A DNA stretch of 63,393 nt, filler included, from Lenisia limosa (taxonomy: Eukaryota > Protista > Breviatea), in the NCBI GenBank assembly GCA_001655205.1. It is 12 parts of 12 records of this genome, joined end to end, with 100 filler letters (N's around TTAATTAATTAA, not from the genome) between each part and the next. Parts side by side here need not be neighbours in the genome. Positions count along the whole stretch, not along the records: positions 2,190 to 14,693 come from LPNZ01007032.1; positions 14,794 to 16,124 come from LPNZ01009249.1; positions 16,225 to 27,159 come from LPNZ01006841.1; positions 27,260 to 29,361 come from LPNZ01005383.1; 8 more parts are not named here. One strand, given 5' to 3'. The notes beneath the pieces are model-generated. The model ran no database searches. It was not told the origin of the DNA and saw only the letters and a list, made by a program, of their open reading frames with translations. Shown in pieces: positions 13,631 to 27,429 of the stretch. Made by a program: the position numbers and the translations under genes. Position 1 is the stretch's first letter; each line of letters opens with the position of its first letter.

Positions 13631-14693
13631 CTACTGCGCCGCATTGGACTGAGGGTTTGGGTCAGCCAAGTCGGCAATGTTGACTTTTGGCTGAGTAACA
13701 ATAGCTGCAGTGTCAATAAAGAGCAAATAATGCGGGGCTTCGATCATTTAATTTTTGCCAGACCCGGATGGAAACAATCAGTGTGCTGCTCCTAAAAGCT
13801 TCACCCCCCCTCCGCCTCACAGTCATAAAACAGTTTCAAGTTGCCAAGACTAGGGCTCCTGCGCTTCCTTTTAGTCTTTTTGTCCTCCTTTTTCTCGGGC
13901 TCTTGGGCCCGATTCGGGCTAAAATGTAACAGCTTGTGGGTGAAATTCTCAATGCCAATGCTTATTATTTGTCAAGCCTACACAAAGAGTTCCCCTATGA
14001 ATATCTTGTTAATATTGAAACTTTATTTTAAATCCCAAGAAACACTGATCTGAATCACAATACAAGCCCCTCTCTCCCCCCCCCCCNNNNNNNNNNNNNN
14101 NNNNNNNNNNNNNNNNNNNNNNNNNNNNNNNNNNNNNNNNNNNNNNNNNNNNNNNNNNNNNNNNNNNNNNNNNNNNNNNNNNNNNNNCTCTTTGCCTAAA
14201 CATTATCACTGCCAAAGGAGACGGCCATACATACCGGTGTGTTGACGGGTGTGACAGCAGGGGTGCGAAGAGGAGTACCTAAACCGTTGAGATGGTGACC
14301 AGCGAAACATTGAAACTGACCTGTTGTTTACCTCAAAAAAGAATACTGTTTAACAAAATAATAAGCTCTAAGAAAAACATAAACCCCTTGTACTTTGCTG
14401 AGGCTTGGGAGTGGGAGTGTTCTTGGGGGTGACTTGAGGGGTGACATTGGGAGTAGCGTTCTAAATCAATAAGGACTATGCATTGGGCTGGTTAGTGTTG
14501 AAAATTTTTAACATCTGAGACGAATGAAAACAAAACCAAAGAATAGCATGATTAACATGAATACAAAGGCCCCTCAACCGCGGCTTGTTTCGGAGAAGTC
14601 ATTTGAGGCTTGGCTGACGGGGTGCGCGCGGGGGATGACGGTGCCTGGGGGGCCATTCGTCTTGCTTGAGGCTTGGACTCGGATTTCGCGGCC
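13631..14693 (-). CDS. 3' part of an unidentified Pro/Thr/Lys-rich protein (5' lost in gap)
   Basis: Minus-strand exons with splice signals: ...APSSPARTPSAKPQ, NATPNVTPQVTPKNTPTPKPQQ, GTPLRTPAVTPVNTP, QEPEKKEDKKTKRKRRSPSLG, final DTAAIVTQPKVNIADLADPNPQSNAAQ* (TAG 13633-13631). Confidence 0.55.
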
Positions 14694-14960
14694 NNNNNNN
14701 NNNNNNNNNNNNNNNNNNNNNNNNNNNNNNNNNNNNNTTAATTAATTAANNNNNNNNNNNNNNNNNNNNNNNNNNNNNNNNNNNNNNNNNNNNCTTGACT
14801 TTGGTCCAAACAATACCGGTAAAAGTTCGGTTGCTTTCTTGAATTATCTCTTTTTTTGTACTGAAGTAAAACTCTACTAACCAGTGACCATTTTATTATT
14901 ATCTTTTTCAAAACATGATCTTTTTGAAAACACTGGTTTTACTTTTTTACAGATTCGCAA

Positions 14961-17900
14961 ATGTCCCTCGAGTCTGACGATGATGAAGAAGAACTCTCGG
15001 AAGAGGTCAAGACCTTGATGAACTACTTATCGAAAAACGCACTCAATTCAAGGCTGCTTGCGAAGTATGTTGAGGGATGTTTTATTGAAATTAGTTTAAC
15101 CCCCCCCCCCNNNNNNNNNNNNNNNNNNNNNNNNNNNNNNNNNNNNNNNNNNNNNNNNNNNNNNNNNNNNNNNNNNNNNNNNNNNNNNNNNNNNNNNNNN
15201 NNNNNNNNNNNNNNNNNTTTGCAGATCGGAGTTTTTGGAAACTTTCCTCCACAATTTTACAAGCTATTTGGAACCCTCCCCGGTGGCTGCTGTGAGTGGA
15301 TTATTAGCTTTAAAGACTGAATTTCCCCTAATCCTCGATAAATTTCGATATTTTTCTGGTCTTTTTTTGTATCAATGTGAAAGATATTTCTCGCAGATTC
15401 ATGACAAATTCAGTCTTTTTGAACCGAAGTGTAGCCCTACTTGGACTGAATCCCACCATCCTTCCTTATTAAAATTTTTCAACATTTGTACCACTTACCC
15501 CATAGAACAAGGTGCCGACAGTGACCATCCCCTTGCCTGTTCTTGGAGAAGCTATGGAGCAGCTGCAGCGAGAACTGGCCGATTTTGGCGAGGCTGAGGT
15601 AAATGGGAAGTTATAGATACAGTGATAGGGATAATACTTGACCAATTTTCCATCTCTTTTTTTGTTTTGGAGTTACAGATTATTTTGTTCGTAATGAATA
15701 CGTTTACGCCAATATTCTTNNNNNNNNNNNNNNNNNNNNNNNNNNNNNNNNNNNNNNNNNNNNNNNNNNNNNNNNNNNNNNNNNNNNNNNNNGACTGTCG
15801 CTCATGACAGAGTGACCCATGCCAGAAAGGAGGTTGGATGGGGGAGTGATTATTGTAATATAACTAGTACTATATATGTACATTTGCTTCCAATTCAATT
15901 TAGTTCAATTATCACACCACATAATGAACAAGGTTTGGGCTTCACTTCGGTTCGAAAATGATCGGTTAATCATCGACTGTTTTCGAGGGTTTATTGGAAA
16001 AATTCAGTCTTTTTTTTTGAACCGAAGTGAAGCCCAAGACAAAATTACTTAGAAAATTCCATTAATAACGAACAAGGTCCTACATCTCCGCAATTTGCGA
16101 GTTAGAGATTCTGAGACATTGAGTNNNNNNNNNNNNNNNNNNNNNNNNNNNNNNNNNNNNNNNNNNNNTTAATTAATTAANNNNNNNNNNNNNNNNNNNN
16201 NNNNNNNNNNNNNNNNNNNNNNNNTGGCCTCTGAAGTGTCCCAAATGTCGGCATTGGGCCAAAAGGCCAAACAGGCCCGTACCCCCAGGAAAACAAGAGT
16301 GGGAACTATTTTTTTTTCCCTGGGAGGAGGCTAGATAGTGTATTAAAATAATCTAGGAATATCACTCAGGAAACCAATTTCCTTATTGTGATGACCAAAA
16401 ACGGAAAACGCTCCGGATTTTATTGTTGTACTCCTTGCTTTAGATTTGCACTACTTTTGCCATTTTTCTCGTGGGGAGTCCTCATTGCGTTTCCTTATAA
16501 TTTAGATGGAGAAATCTGACTCCAAACAGAGCCTCAGAGGTAGGGGTAATTCTAGTGGTTAAAGTTTCGCTATCAATTCGTATTAGTTGCACATAAATCT
16601 ATACGTGTTACTTTCCTTTGATTCTGATACACATTTTCAATGGACGCATTTTTGAAGTTGACCCTTGTCTTCTTCCTCTTCTATAAGTTGAACTTTGCCC
16701 AAGAATTCGTCATTATTCACTTCAGATTCCACCGATGATTGGTCCGCTAAAATCGCCCAAATGGAGGCTGAAATCTACAGACTCAACTCTTCAAATAAGG
16801 TGGGCTCAGAATTTTTGACTCTGATGGAGAATCAGCTTTTTCTAAATGCGTCGATACAAAATTCTTTGTTGTCTTCTTCGTCATATTTCCAGAAGCTCAA
16901 CCTGGAATCCGAGAACCTCAAAGCGTCCAACATGGCTCTGATGGTCCAAGTCAATGAAAACGGTAGCAGGCTAAAGCTTTTACAATCCCTGTATACAACT
17001 AGTTATAGTATGAAATCTATGAGTCAATTACTTGACGAGCATTGCTCCTTTTTGGGTCCGTCATTCCTAATCCGCTTTAGAAACACGACAAAAGCCGTGG
17101 AACCGAGTTGCCGGAGGGGAGAACATTAATGACCTTTCGCCTGATGAAGTGCGAAGTGTTGAACGAACATGTCACGAACAGGTGGGGGAATTGGGCATGT
17201 GACTTGGGAGCANNNNNNNNNNNNNNNNNNNNNNNNNNNNNNNNNNNNNNNNNNNNNNNNNNNNNNNNNNNNAAATCTCATTCTGTTTTAGGAAGAGCTT
17301 ATTAAGGGATACCAAAAGGAAAATGAGAGACTTCTTCAAAAGTTCAAACAGGTGAAAGGGTGTGACTATATTTTCCTGATAAATGCCTATTTCATGATGG
17401 ATTTTTGTTATTTTAAAAAGAGAAATGAAAATGGAAGAATATTATTATAATACTCACACCGCCAGGCTGAAAAAGAGGTCTCACAGTTCAAATCGAGCAT
17501 GTTCAGACAGACAGCAGGCCAGACATCGGAAGTCGTCAATCTTAAGGACAAGCTGGAGGCAACCCTTGCTCAAGACTCCGCTCTTATGCAACGATGGTGG
17601 GTGACTGCCTTCGTGATATTATGATTTTTCTCTTTTAGAATACATGATCTTTCATCAACCATAAGCAGTATTTATTCTATAACCTTGAATAATCTGGATA
17701 CTGCCATTAGAAATTACATCTCCTTGATCTTTTTGTTAAGTAATATGTAGCCCGTAGTATTATATGTTGGGTGTATTTGTCATACACACACCCATCACCT
17801 CCTTCCTCCCAGCACCACATTGGAGCAAGACCTACGTACCGCGAGATCCGACGCCAAAATGCGCGAAGACGCGCTTCAGTTCGAACTTGATAAAGTTGGA

Positions 17901-20900
17901 GGGGGGTCAGGTCTTTGAGGAATGAATAACTATCACAAAAAAGATGAATTTACAACTCCATTAAAAAGAAAGCTAACAACCCCTCCAGATTCGTGTTAAA
18001 TGCCGGGATGCTGAAACGAAATTGACAACTATCCGCTCCTCCTCCGCCGCCGCGGACCTTGAGCTCCGCAACCAGGTAGGTCATCGGTGCTGTCTTTGTA
18101 GCATTTTTGATCCCCAGTTCACCCCCTCCCCCCTTCAGCACGAAAAGGATCTGCTGGATCTTAAAACGAAACATGCTGCGGAGGTCCAGGCACTAAATGT
18201 GAAAATAGACTGGTTCAGAGACAATGACAAGATTGTGACCAAGGTTGGACATTCACTCATTACTGTGCTATTGGGATACCTTGGGATTAACACACCATCT
18301 CTCTCTTTAGGACTCATTGGGAAAGAGCTAACCGCATAAACAATTGAACATGGGACCTCACCCTTTTCTTTAGAATGAAACCGCAATTACCGACCTTCAA
18401 GCTACTATAGCCCAGCAGCATGAAAGATTAGTGGCGGCAGGTATGCAGAGATAGAGGGGGGTGGGGATGCTTGGAGACTACTATTAATATCCCATGTATT
18501 TTGATTGTGGTTTTTTGTGGATATTTTTTTTATAAATATCATATGTATTTTTTTTGTTGTTCTCTCTCAACTTAGTGTGATGAACCAACACCATCATTAG
18601 TATGATATGACTTGCTCTTAGACTCATTTACATGTATCTTAAAAAACATTTCTATCCAAAAGTGATAATTATTCCCCCTTGTTCTGTATTCTTACCCAAT
18701 CACACAATTCAGGCTTGGAGTCAGGCAAACCATCCATGACAGCTCTCCAGGCAAACGATGCCGTCAAAAAGGCCCAAAACCTGGTAGGCTGTCTATGAAG
18801 TCGACGGAATCTGAAAAGGCCACCGCTGTTCACCTTAATCTATATATTCCCTAACCCCCCGAAGGCGGCCAAGGAGTCACGACGAGCCAAACAACTTGAG
18901 CAGAACGTTGCCGACCTTGAGGAGGCTCTTGCGTCGAAGAATCCAAATGCGCTCCCGCTGATGCTTCGAGCTAATAGGCCTTCTTTTGTTGGCGGCGGCG
19001 GGGGGGTTGTCATAGTCCTGTTTAATTTTTCTTTTCTACATGTTACTCTGTAGTCTGTATTCATGGCTCAGGAGGTGGGTATCAATGTCATGAGTTCTAA
19101 GTACTTTTGGTCCTCATAATCATCTCAGCCTTTAGCACCGCTTACCTCTCAGGATGACGACAGCAAGTCGGCCTACCTCAAGTCCCGAGTGGAGACTCTC
19201 GAGAATGAAGTCGCGACCGCGGATGACCGTCATGGCCTTGTGGGGAGGAAGTGTGATGTAGCTTTGTGAGGGATATTAAGTGTCGTGGAGGGGGATTGGG
19301 AGCAACGTCAAGGAAAATATATGCTTGCTTTGTGGCACCCCCCCCCCCCCNNNNNNNNNNNNNNNNNNNNNNNNNNNNNNNNNNNNNNNNNNNNNNNNNN
19401 NNNNNNNNNNNNNCCTTCGCGCTCTAAAGCAAGAACACGAGAAAGTTCGGGCGCAATACGAACTCAGGTTTGCTTTTTGGCTCTTCATCTTCTAATATCA
19501 ATAATATAGTTTTTCAATACTATTGTAGTTTTACAGCCCCTTCTGTGATCTCATTATTTCAGAATTAAGGACCTTCAGGCAGGCAAAAAGACCCCTACAC
19601 CACAGGTACTTTTTTCTTGTTAAAATGCCAAACAGTCTTGTTTCATATGATTTAAAGTCATCATATTTATTACCACCATTATTGCTCAATAATTAAGTTG
19701 CCATCCAAACTCATCCTACACCTACAACATAGTTTGTTAATTACCCTTTCATCACCATCGTAGGCGGTCACATTGAAGCGCCAGCTGGAGAGTACCAAGG
19801 TATGAGGGACATGTTACACCAGCCACATAACGTTACGTCATACCGCAGATTATCGTGGTGATGTATTATAGGATTCCTTTGTATCTTTCATTTCTTCACA
19901 TAAACTTACTAGTACAAAGTGTTTCGGTTCTTCCATGATCTACAGAAAATTCTAGATAAACATTTCTTAGGTTTCTCTCTTTAACATAACCACGTACTAA
20001 CTCTGCCAGTCACAATACGAACACAAACTCAACATCATGGAAGCAAGGCTTAGACAGTCTCAAAACTCCAACAACACCCAATCCACAACTTCAGGTTTGT
20101 CAACTGGTTTATCTGGTGTTACGTTTTTTATCATAATGTATATCATTACGTCTATGGAAAATGGTGAACTAATGAATTGAAATTTATGATTGTCCGTACA
20201 AAGATATTCCTTTTGGTGCGCTGGAATGATGGGATGTGGTGCAGAAGCGACTGGTCTGGGCTTTGTTTTGTTGTTACCAACCCTCGTGTGTTGTCAGCCA
20301 ACAGAGCTGATTTGGGCTTTTTTTTTGTTTCATAAATTTTCCAATTNNNNNNNNNNNNNNNNNNNNNNNNNNNNNNNNNNNNNNNNNNNNNNNNNNNNNN
20401 NNNNNNNNNNNNNNGGGGGTCATTTTGGTTTCAACTTCAGTCGCGTTTGGTTCGGATGCATCAACCAACTTCTTTTCCGTTCCCATTTCTACAATTTTGT
20501 GGTTACTTTGACGTTCATTTTGTTCTTACTCTACCCCAGCGTTGCTGAAAGAAGGGAATTGCACAGGTTGAGGCAAGACGTCCGTGACCTGAGTGCTCAA
20601 ATGTGGGGTACCGTGTCAATATCTGGCTTCCCTGCTACCCAATAAATGACTTAATTTCTCCTCGATAATTGTCGTTGTGTTGTCCTCATTGTATTCAAAT
20701 TGAGAATCCCCTGTTTGCTTTCATAAATGTTATCATGCCTTTCATTGCTCCTCTCTTCTCTTTTCTCACCATGCAGTCCTTCTGAGCTTTCTCCTAATCT
20801 TGATGGTGACGGTAAGCTGGAATTAACAATGATTTGAGCGTACAATTTGATGAACACTAGTACATTGAATAACATAACATTGAAATGATAAGCATCCCTC

Positions 20901-23900
20901 TTTCAGTATAAGAAATATTTGATACTTTCTTGGGATATTACTGGGTAGAACAAATAACATTGATGTTTACTCACCCCCTATAGATACAAGACGCCTTGTC
21001 TCGTCTCTTCAATTTGCTCTCCTGAGGGCGCAAGATGAGGTCAGCATCATCTCTTCACTCTAAGTAAATATGAACCAGATATTCGTGATAGGATTTTCTC
21101 ACTCTTAGTGTTATCAATTGGGGATTTTCAGTCAAAATGTCACTGATCGTATCAAAACCTCCATTCTCATCGTTTTTCTGCTTCGCTGATAGAGAAAATA
21201 CTTACATATGATGCGTATACTAGATGTTATATTAAGTTTTATGGTTGAAGTTGAAAGTCACATTTCAGACCACACGACTGAAGAAGACCAATGCCAGTCT
21301 GCAGTACGCCCTCTCGTTGATCACCCCTCCTGATGGTAGGTGTTTTTTGAAGCTTTTTTGTTTGTTTCTTCGTTAAGCATAGATTATTCAACTTGGGGTA
21401 AATTTAACCATGTGCATTTTGACATATTAGGCACATCGGCCGCTGCCACGCCGGCGACACCGTCCACACCCCACACCCCTCATATGCTTGCTAATATGTC
21501 GCCCACTCCTCCAAGCCCTGCAGTACCCGAACGAGCCGTTCAGAACCAAATAGACTCGTCTCAGGCCATTCAGGTGATATGGAGTGATATAGTCAAAATG
21601 ATTTCTTACATTTTGATATTTGAAGAATAGTTTTGAACTTCTTTTTTTTTTTTTTTTTNNNNNNNNNNNNNNNNNNNNNNNNNNNNNNNNNNNNNNNNNN
21701 NNNNNNNNNNNNNNNNNNNNNNNNNCGGTTCAATATCCTATTTTAACGTTATGGAGGACATTTTAGCAAGAGAAAGTCTTATTTTGATTTACCATTTCTT
21801 TATATGTAAATCACCTCGCCATCTCAAGTCACCTTCACAGGAGCTGCAAAAGCGTCATCTTGAGGAGATCTCAGAAAAGGAGAAAACCATTGCTAAGCTC
21901 AAAAAGTGGGTGATGGGCTTGAAGATGTTTTCAATATTATGCAAGGGGGTTCTCCCCCCCCCCCCACCTAAAAACCATGACTTCTCCCATTTATTATGAA
22001 TTGTGATGGTTTGACAGTATTAAATCCCTTTTCATTTGAGATATAAAGACCATGCTTGTGCCTTTTTCTCACACCACACAGGGAGAAGGCGTCTCTTCGT
22101 GAGGAATTGGAGCGAGTTGAGCAACTTGCCGCTAATATGCAGAGGGAGCTCGACCAAACTAACGCGACGCCAGTNNNNNNNNNNNNNNNNNNNNNNNNNN
22201 NNNNNNNNNNNNNNNNNNNNNNNNNNNNNNNNNNNNNNNNNNNNNNNNNNNNNNNNNNNNNNNNNNNNNNNNNNNNNNNNNNNNNNNNNNNNNNNNNNNN
22301 NNNNNNNNNNNNNNNNNNTGGTGAGAAAGTTCCTATCACGAAATAATCAAAATACCAAAGCAAAAACCAAAAAAACAAAAGCGCTTATGAGACATGAGTA
22401 CCCAACGTTGAAAATAACTTGTGAAGAGATGGGATATGTAATTCTTGAACGAATTGGAGTCACGGGGAGGTCATATCACACAAAATTTGCATCATACCCA
22501 CCAGTACAATAGAAAACACCAATGAAATATCCCTATTTTATTATCTCCATCTTAACCTCGCAGATGGCTTCAAAACTTCGCCAGCTTGTCAACAGGGTGT
22601 CCGAAATGGAAGACCTCCACCGCAAACGCNNNNNNNNNNNNNNNNNNNNNNNNNNNNNNNNNNNNNNNNNNNNNNNNNNNNNNNNNNNNNNNNNNNNNNN
22701 NNNNNNNNNNNNNNNNNNNNNNNNNNNNNNNNNNNNNNNNNNNNNNNNNNNNNNNNNNNNNNNNNNNNNNNNNNNNNNNNNNNNNNNNNNNNNNNNNNNN
22801 NNTTTTTGACATAATATCAATAATGACTACAACAATAATACACACAACCTCCTCAGCGTTTGTGTTTCCTTTGTGACCCCCTCTATTTTTGTTAAAAAAA
22901 ATTTTTGTTGTTTTTTAATGATTATTTTTTCTGATATTTGTTGTCTGTTTGTTGCTTTTTTTATTATTTTTATTGCCATCACCCCCCCCCCCAGGAGCTA
23001 GTGGCTTCAGCCCAGTCCGATGCAGCGTTGGATGTCGCCTCTTTGAAACTCCGGCACCAAAGAATGATCGATGTGAGGGGGAGGAGCATGGAGGATGGAA
23101 ATATACAGCAAATTTTTGACATACTAGTATTCTCAGAAATTTCCTCCTTTTGGGGTTACAAGCTTCTTTGTTTTCTATTTGTTATTTTGAGGGGCTTCAC
23201 TTCGGTTCGAAATAAGACTGAATTTCTCGATAAATCCTCGAAAACTATCGATATTTTACCGGTATTTTTCGAACCGAAGTGAAGCCCTAGTTAATAGTGC
23301 GAATTCTTGAATTGAAACCGAGGGTATCAATTCGCGTACTGATTCTCAAATTCTCTAATGATATTGAAACGATGACCCCCAAGGCCAAAGACCAGGAGCT
23401 AAGGGAGGCCTTGCAGCATTTTGAAGAGCTCAAGCAACAGGTAGGTTACGTTGGCTGCTTTCTACTCATTCTTAAGAATCAAGATTATTAATAGTGAGAG
23501 GCTTCCCACTCCCATCTCATCCTCCATCATCACGATGCATTTCATCACCCTTATTTCTCTTCCTTGTTATAAATTTCCATCACTTCTTTAGCTCCAGCAG
23601 CCAGCACCAGTAGCTCTACCTCTCCCAGCCCAGGTACTATTGGGGATACTAATCAATTTCTCGAGGTTGAAATAAGAACATACAAATTGGAATATGTCTT
23701 TTGTATTCTTTTTATTATGATCTTTCAACTGGTTCAATGTTTTAGTTGTTCCATAATTCCATACTGACTCCCTCCCCCCCAGTTGCCGCAGACTCCGCCT
23801 CATCGGAGCCCTCCCCCCGCCAATCTTACTCCAAGCCGGGCTGCCAAACTAATTGCTGATGCTGCACATGATGGTTGGGAGGGGGGTGTGAAGGTCATTG

Positions 23901-24087
23901 TGTTATTCGATTGGCAACTTCATCTCAAGCTCTTTGTTTCACGCAACCAGGCATTGACCCAGGACTTTCATGGGCAAAATTGAGTAACGGTCCGCCCCCA
24001 AAGGTGCTAGATGCCTGGATGGAACCGCCCTCGAGAGATTTTGACATGTGGGAGCGTACTTTTTATGTTTCTCAGAGACACATCTAA
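14961..24087 (+). CDS. CEP162: CEP162/QN1-like centriolar coiled-coil protein (about 25+ exons)
   Basis: Exons in the order I recall for CEP162: EELIKGYQKENERLL, KIDWFRDNDKIV, RRAKQLEQNVADLEEALASKNPNALPLML, YLKSRVETLENE...LRALKQEHEKVRAQYELR, LRQLVNRVSEMEDLHRKR. Recognised from memory of the family, not by search. C-terminal exon structure uncertain. Confidence 0.75.
15937..16035. mobile_element. MITE family B copy
   Basis: gggcttcacttcggttcg...gaaccgaagtgaagccc. Confidence 0.85.
20215..20346 (+). mobile_element. Introner-like repeat family A copy (CEP162 intron)
   Basis: gatgggatgtggtgcagaagcgactggtctgggctttg...aaccctcgtgtgttgtcagccaacagagctgatttgggcttttttttgtttcataaattttccaatt, running into an N gap. 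Confidence 0.75.
23191..23288. mobile_element. MITE family B (~95-100 bp, TIR AGGGCTTCACTTCGGTTCG), full copy
   Basis: ggggcttcacttcggttcgaaa...ttcgaaccgaagtgaagccct; conserved core gactgaatttctcgataaatcctcgaaaactatcgatat. Confidence 0.9.
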
Positions 24088-24321
24088 ATTCAAGCTCCAA
24101 TCATCTGATTATGATACTCGAATATTTCAAATAGTATAGCATATGCATATGATGATTTATTGTTTTCTGATAAAGACATTGTTGCTTTGCCTTTTTCTAA
24201 TTGACTAGGTCCCCCTAAAATGTTGTACCATGGTGTAAATTAGGTTGTTTCTTGTACTATTTGTGATTGTATATTTATTTGAAGCATTAAACAGATGACG
24301 AATCTATTCGAACTAAGCAGG

Positions 24322-27159
24322 TTATAGTTCGAGAAAATTGTCACGGATATCCGAACCTAAATTTATGGTGACGTTAGCTTTTACCTTTTTACTAGATTTA
24401 AAATTTTTGGTTAATATGGATATCATAAACGTTTCTCTTATTTCAATATTAGTTTTGTATTAATTACTTCTTAAATGACATAAATAAATCAGGCAAGTTA
24501 CGCTTGGTTTCATTTTGTCCTTCGACAGAGCCGGGAACTATATCGCGGGGTAAGATCTTCGTTATCCCTTTTTCAACACCGCCTTGCTCTAAAGAAAAAG
24601 CTGTTCCTAACTGAAAAATCGCCGCTGTTCACCCCTTATCGAATTGTCTATTACTGAAAACACTAAAGAATAGTCAAACGATGCATTTCAACGTATAGCA
24701 CTATTGAGAGGCCTCAACTACTTCCCTTCTCGCCTTTGAAATCTGAACATATTACTTTTGGAGAACAGCCTTCACTCCACTCGCACCAGTAAAAGTAAGT
24801 AAAACATTCTCATACCCCCCCACTAATTCAGGGTCACATGCCGCTGGGGTGGTCATTTCAGTGGCATAGATACAGACGACGTCCTCCTCCATATACGCCA
24901 TTTCCCATTCCAATCCGCACTTCAACCTCACCTGCTGGTTAAAAGAGAAGGATAAAGTCCCGCCGTGAGTTGAAAGCTTTAGAAGTCTATGTGCAGACAT
25001 CATGTTGATACCAGGAAAGAGAAACAGAAAGTCACCCCCTCCCCCACAGTCAGGTTCCTTATCACGCCGTGCCAGCATTTGGTTCCATCATCAAAGACCA
25101 TGCGGCTGTTGTTGTCTTCAAAACGTCCCCATTTTCCTGGGGCGTTACCAAGGAATTAGGATAATTAGCATGTTTCCATTTAAGACATTGTGAGCTAATC
25201 AGTCCTCGTTAAAAGGAGGTTCTTGTATAATCATTGAAATCAATACCATGTTCTATCATACCAATATTGGTATGGCCTTGTTTGGCATGGTCAAACATAG
25301 TCACCTTGTAGTTCTGGTCTCCTGTCCTCTGAAGGGTCAAATCAAATAACCCAAGATGATTTCATACCAACAAATGATCAAGATAGCACTGAAAATAATC
25401 AATATTACAAGCGGTATGCTCTGCTATTATTGGACTCTGGTGTGGCACCAACTCTTTCAAGGGTTTTTCCCTTCAAGGGAAGATACGCATTATCTGGGCC
25501 ATAGTCCATTTCTACATAGTAAATGCATGAATTAACATAATAAAAAAAACCCCGATTAGACTACATCATACTATTAGACCGCATTGACTACAAACCCATA
25601 TCCCCATATGGTATGCGAATGGGTGAAGCACAAAACATGCTATCGTTAAAATGAGAGAATGGGTATGTATGATATTGCACATGCACTGTATACTGGATCC
25701 ACATTCTCCCCAACCGATATCCTTAGTTCGGTCTCTGATAGTAGCAAGGGCGTTATTAATGACCTCGTCAATGTCGTTGACTTTAGTTCTTGCGTCTTCG
25801 GCAGCTGCATTGTTACAATATTCGACTTTTGTTTTGAGCCAAAACCTTCCATTAGACTATCATATAGTATACTATTAGGTAATCATTTGGAGGCCTGTTT
25901 TGGAGATACTGTTAGTTGCGAAACTATGAACGAAGCCGTCCACATCAACACGCGTTTTCAGGAATACTACTTACCTCAGCAACACGCCTTCATACCTTGG
26001 ATAGCCTGGTCCTCCTCGGCTTCATTATATTCGGCATCAACTGGTGCGGGTTGCTCCAGATCAACGTCAGCTAAGTTGTCCCATTGTTCCTGATGTTCCT
26101 TTTGCTGTTTGGTCAATAATGGCAAAAAAACGGAGGAATATGAGAGGAAAAACGCCAAGTCTTATCCAATAAATCACCTTATCTTCGTCCAATGCCAACT
26201 GCCGGGTCTTCTCTTCCTCTTCTGTGAATTCTAATCTAATAAAACATGCATCTAAGTTTGTATGAGAAGAACCAGGAAAGTGAATTAAAAATATGAATAA
26301 TAAAAACCTCAAATTCAGCTTATATGAGTAATATGTTGAATATTCAATAGTTTGCACTACCTCCACCAACCGTGGCCCTCAGTCTGATCAAGAGGAATGC
26401 CTCGCTCAGCTAGAATGGCCTCCCATTTCTCGTTGAACGCTACAAAGGTTAAACAAAATGCGATCCATTCTTGAAGTTGTGAAAAAGATAAGAGTTATAT
26501 GTAAAATAGAAAATACGAAGACAACTGTGATGCTTATCAAAATTTCTTAAAACATCCACATGAACCAGCCAGTATTCCTAATATGACACAATCCAACTCT
26601 CACATTTTGCTGGTTCTTGTGGTTCAATAGTGGTTTCTTTGTTCTCCTCATCAATAACAATTTCTTCAACAACATCCTTGATACAGTTAATGGAGAAAAA
26701 AATCGTCGAATATGTTCATTTTTATGTCGCAACGACATGTATCCATTAATACTACAAATAATATAGGACAGCATGCCTATATACCTTGAATTCAACTCGG
26801 GGAACAAAACCAGAGGCAACGAGCTCCTTCTAAAAGTGTAAATTAATCTGATCCTAATTATCCTTTTGTTTTTGGATCATTCATGCTGTTCAAGAAAGAA
26901 GACAGTCATGATCTTGCTATTAATGAACACAAGATACGAAGAGGCACTATAATAGCCTAAACCTGATACTGAATTGTACACCAATCTGATGCAATATATT
27001 ATAACAGCCATGTTCTTAACAAACCAAAATAAGACATATCAAGACCAGGCATACTATAATGGGACCAGTATCGCTCACCTTCTCCTGGATGCGCCGCCGA
27101 AGGGTCTCATTACTATCACGAAGAGTGCGGGCAGCACGTGCCTCAGTTTCAGCTGGTGT
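24322..27159 (-). CDS. PRKCSH: Glucosidase II beta subunit (PRKCSH-like, MRH domain); N-terminus lost in gap at 27160
   Basis: Acidic/coiled region, then GPDNAYLPLKGK, YKVTMFDHAKQGHT, GKWGRFEDNNSRMVFDDGTKCWHG, VRLKCG...EEDVVCIYATEMTTPAACDP (MRH domain). Spliced C-terminus ...SDIRDNFLEL* (TAA 24324-24322). Confidence 0.85.
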
Positions 27160-27429
27160 NNNNNNNNNNNNNNNNNNNNNNNNNNNNNNNNNNNNNNNNN
27201 NNNTTAATTAATTAANNNNNNNNNNNNNNNNNNNNNNNNNNNNNNNNNNNNNNNNNNNNAAAAAAAAAAAAAAAAAAAACTGAAAATACTGCATCACTTT
27301 ATATTAGTTACATATTATGAAAATCCTTTTAACAGGAAACAAAACCTGACTTCACCTTTTAGTAAGAACAGAACAAAAACACTCAAACATAATTACGCAT
27401 AAATTGAGCAAAATGCTTCACTTTTTTTC

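Noticed and set aside
23191-23288. tRNA or SINE (GGTTCGAA B-box-like motif in MITE B)
   Set aside because: The motif is part of a terminal inverted repeat present at both ends; no cloverleaf, A-box or poly-A tail.
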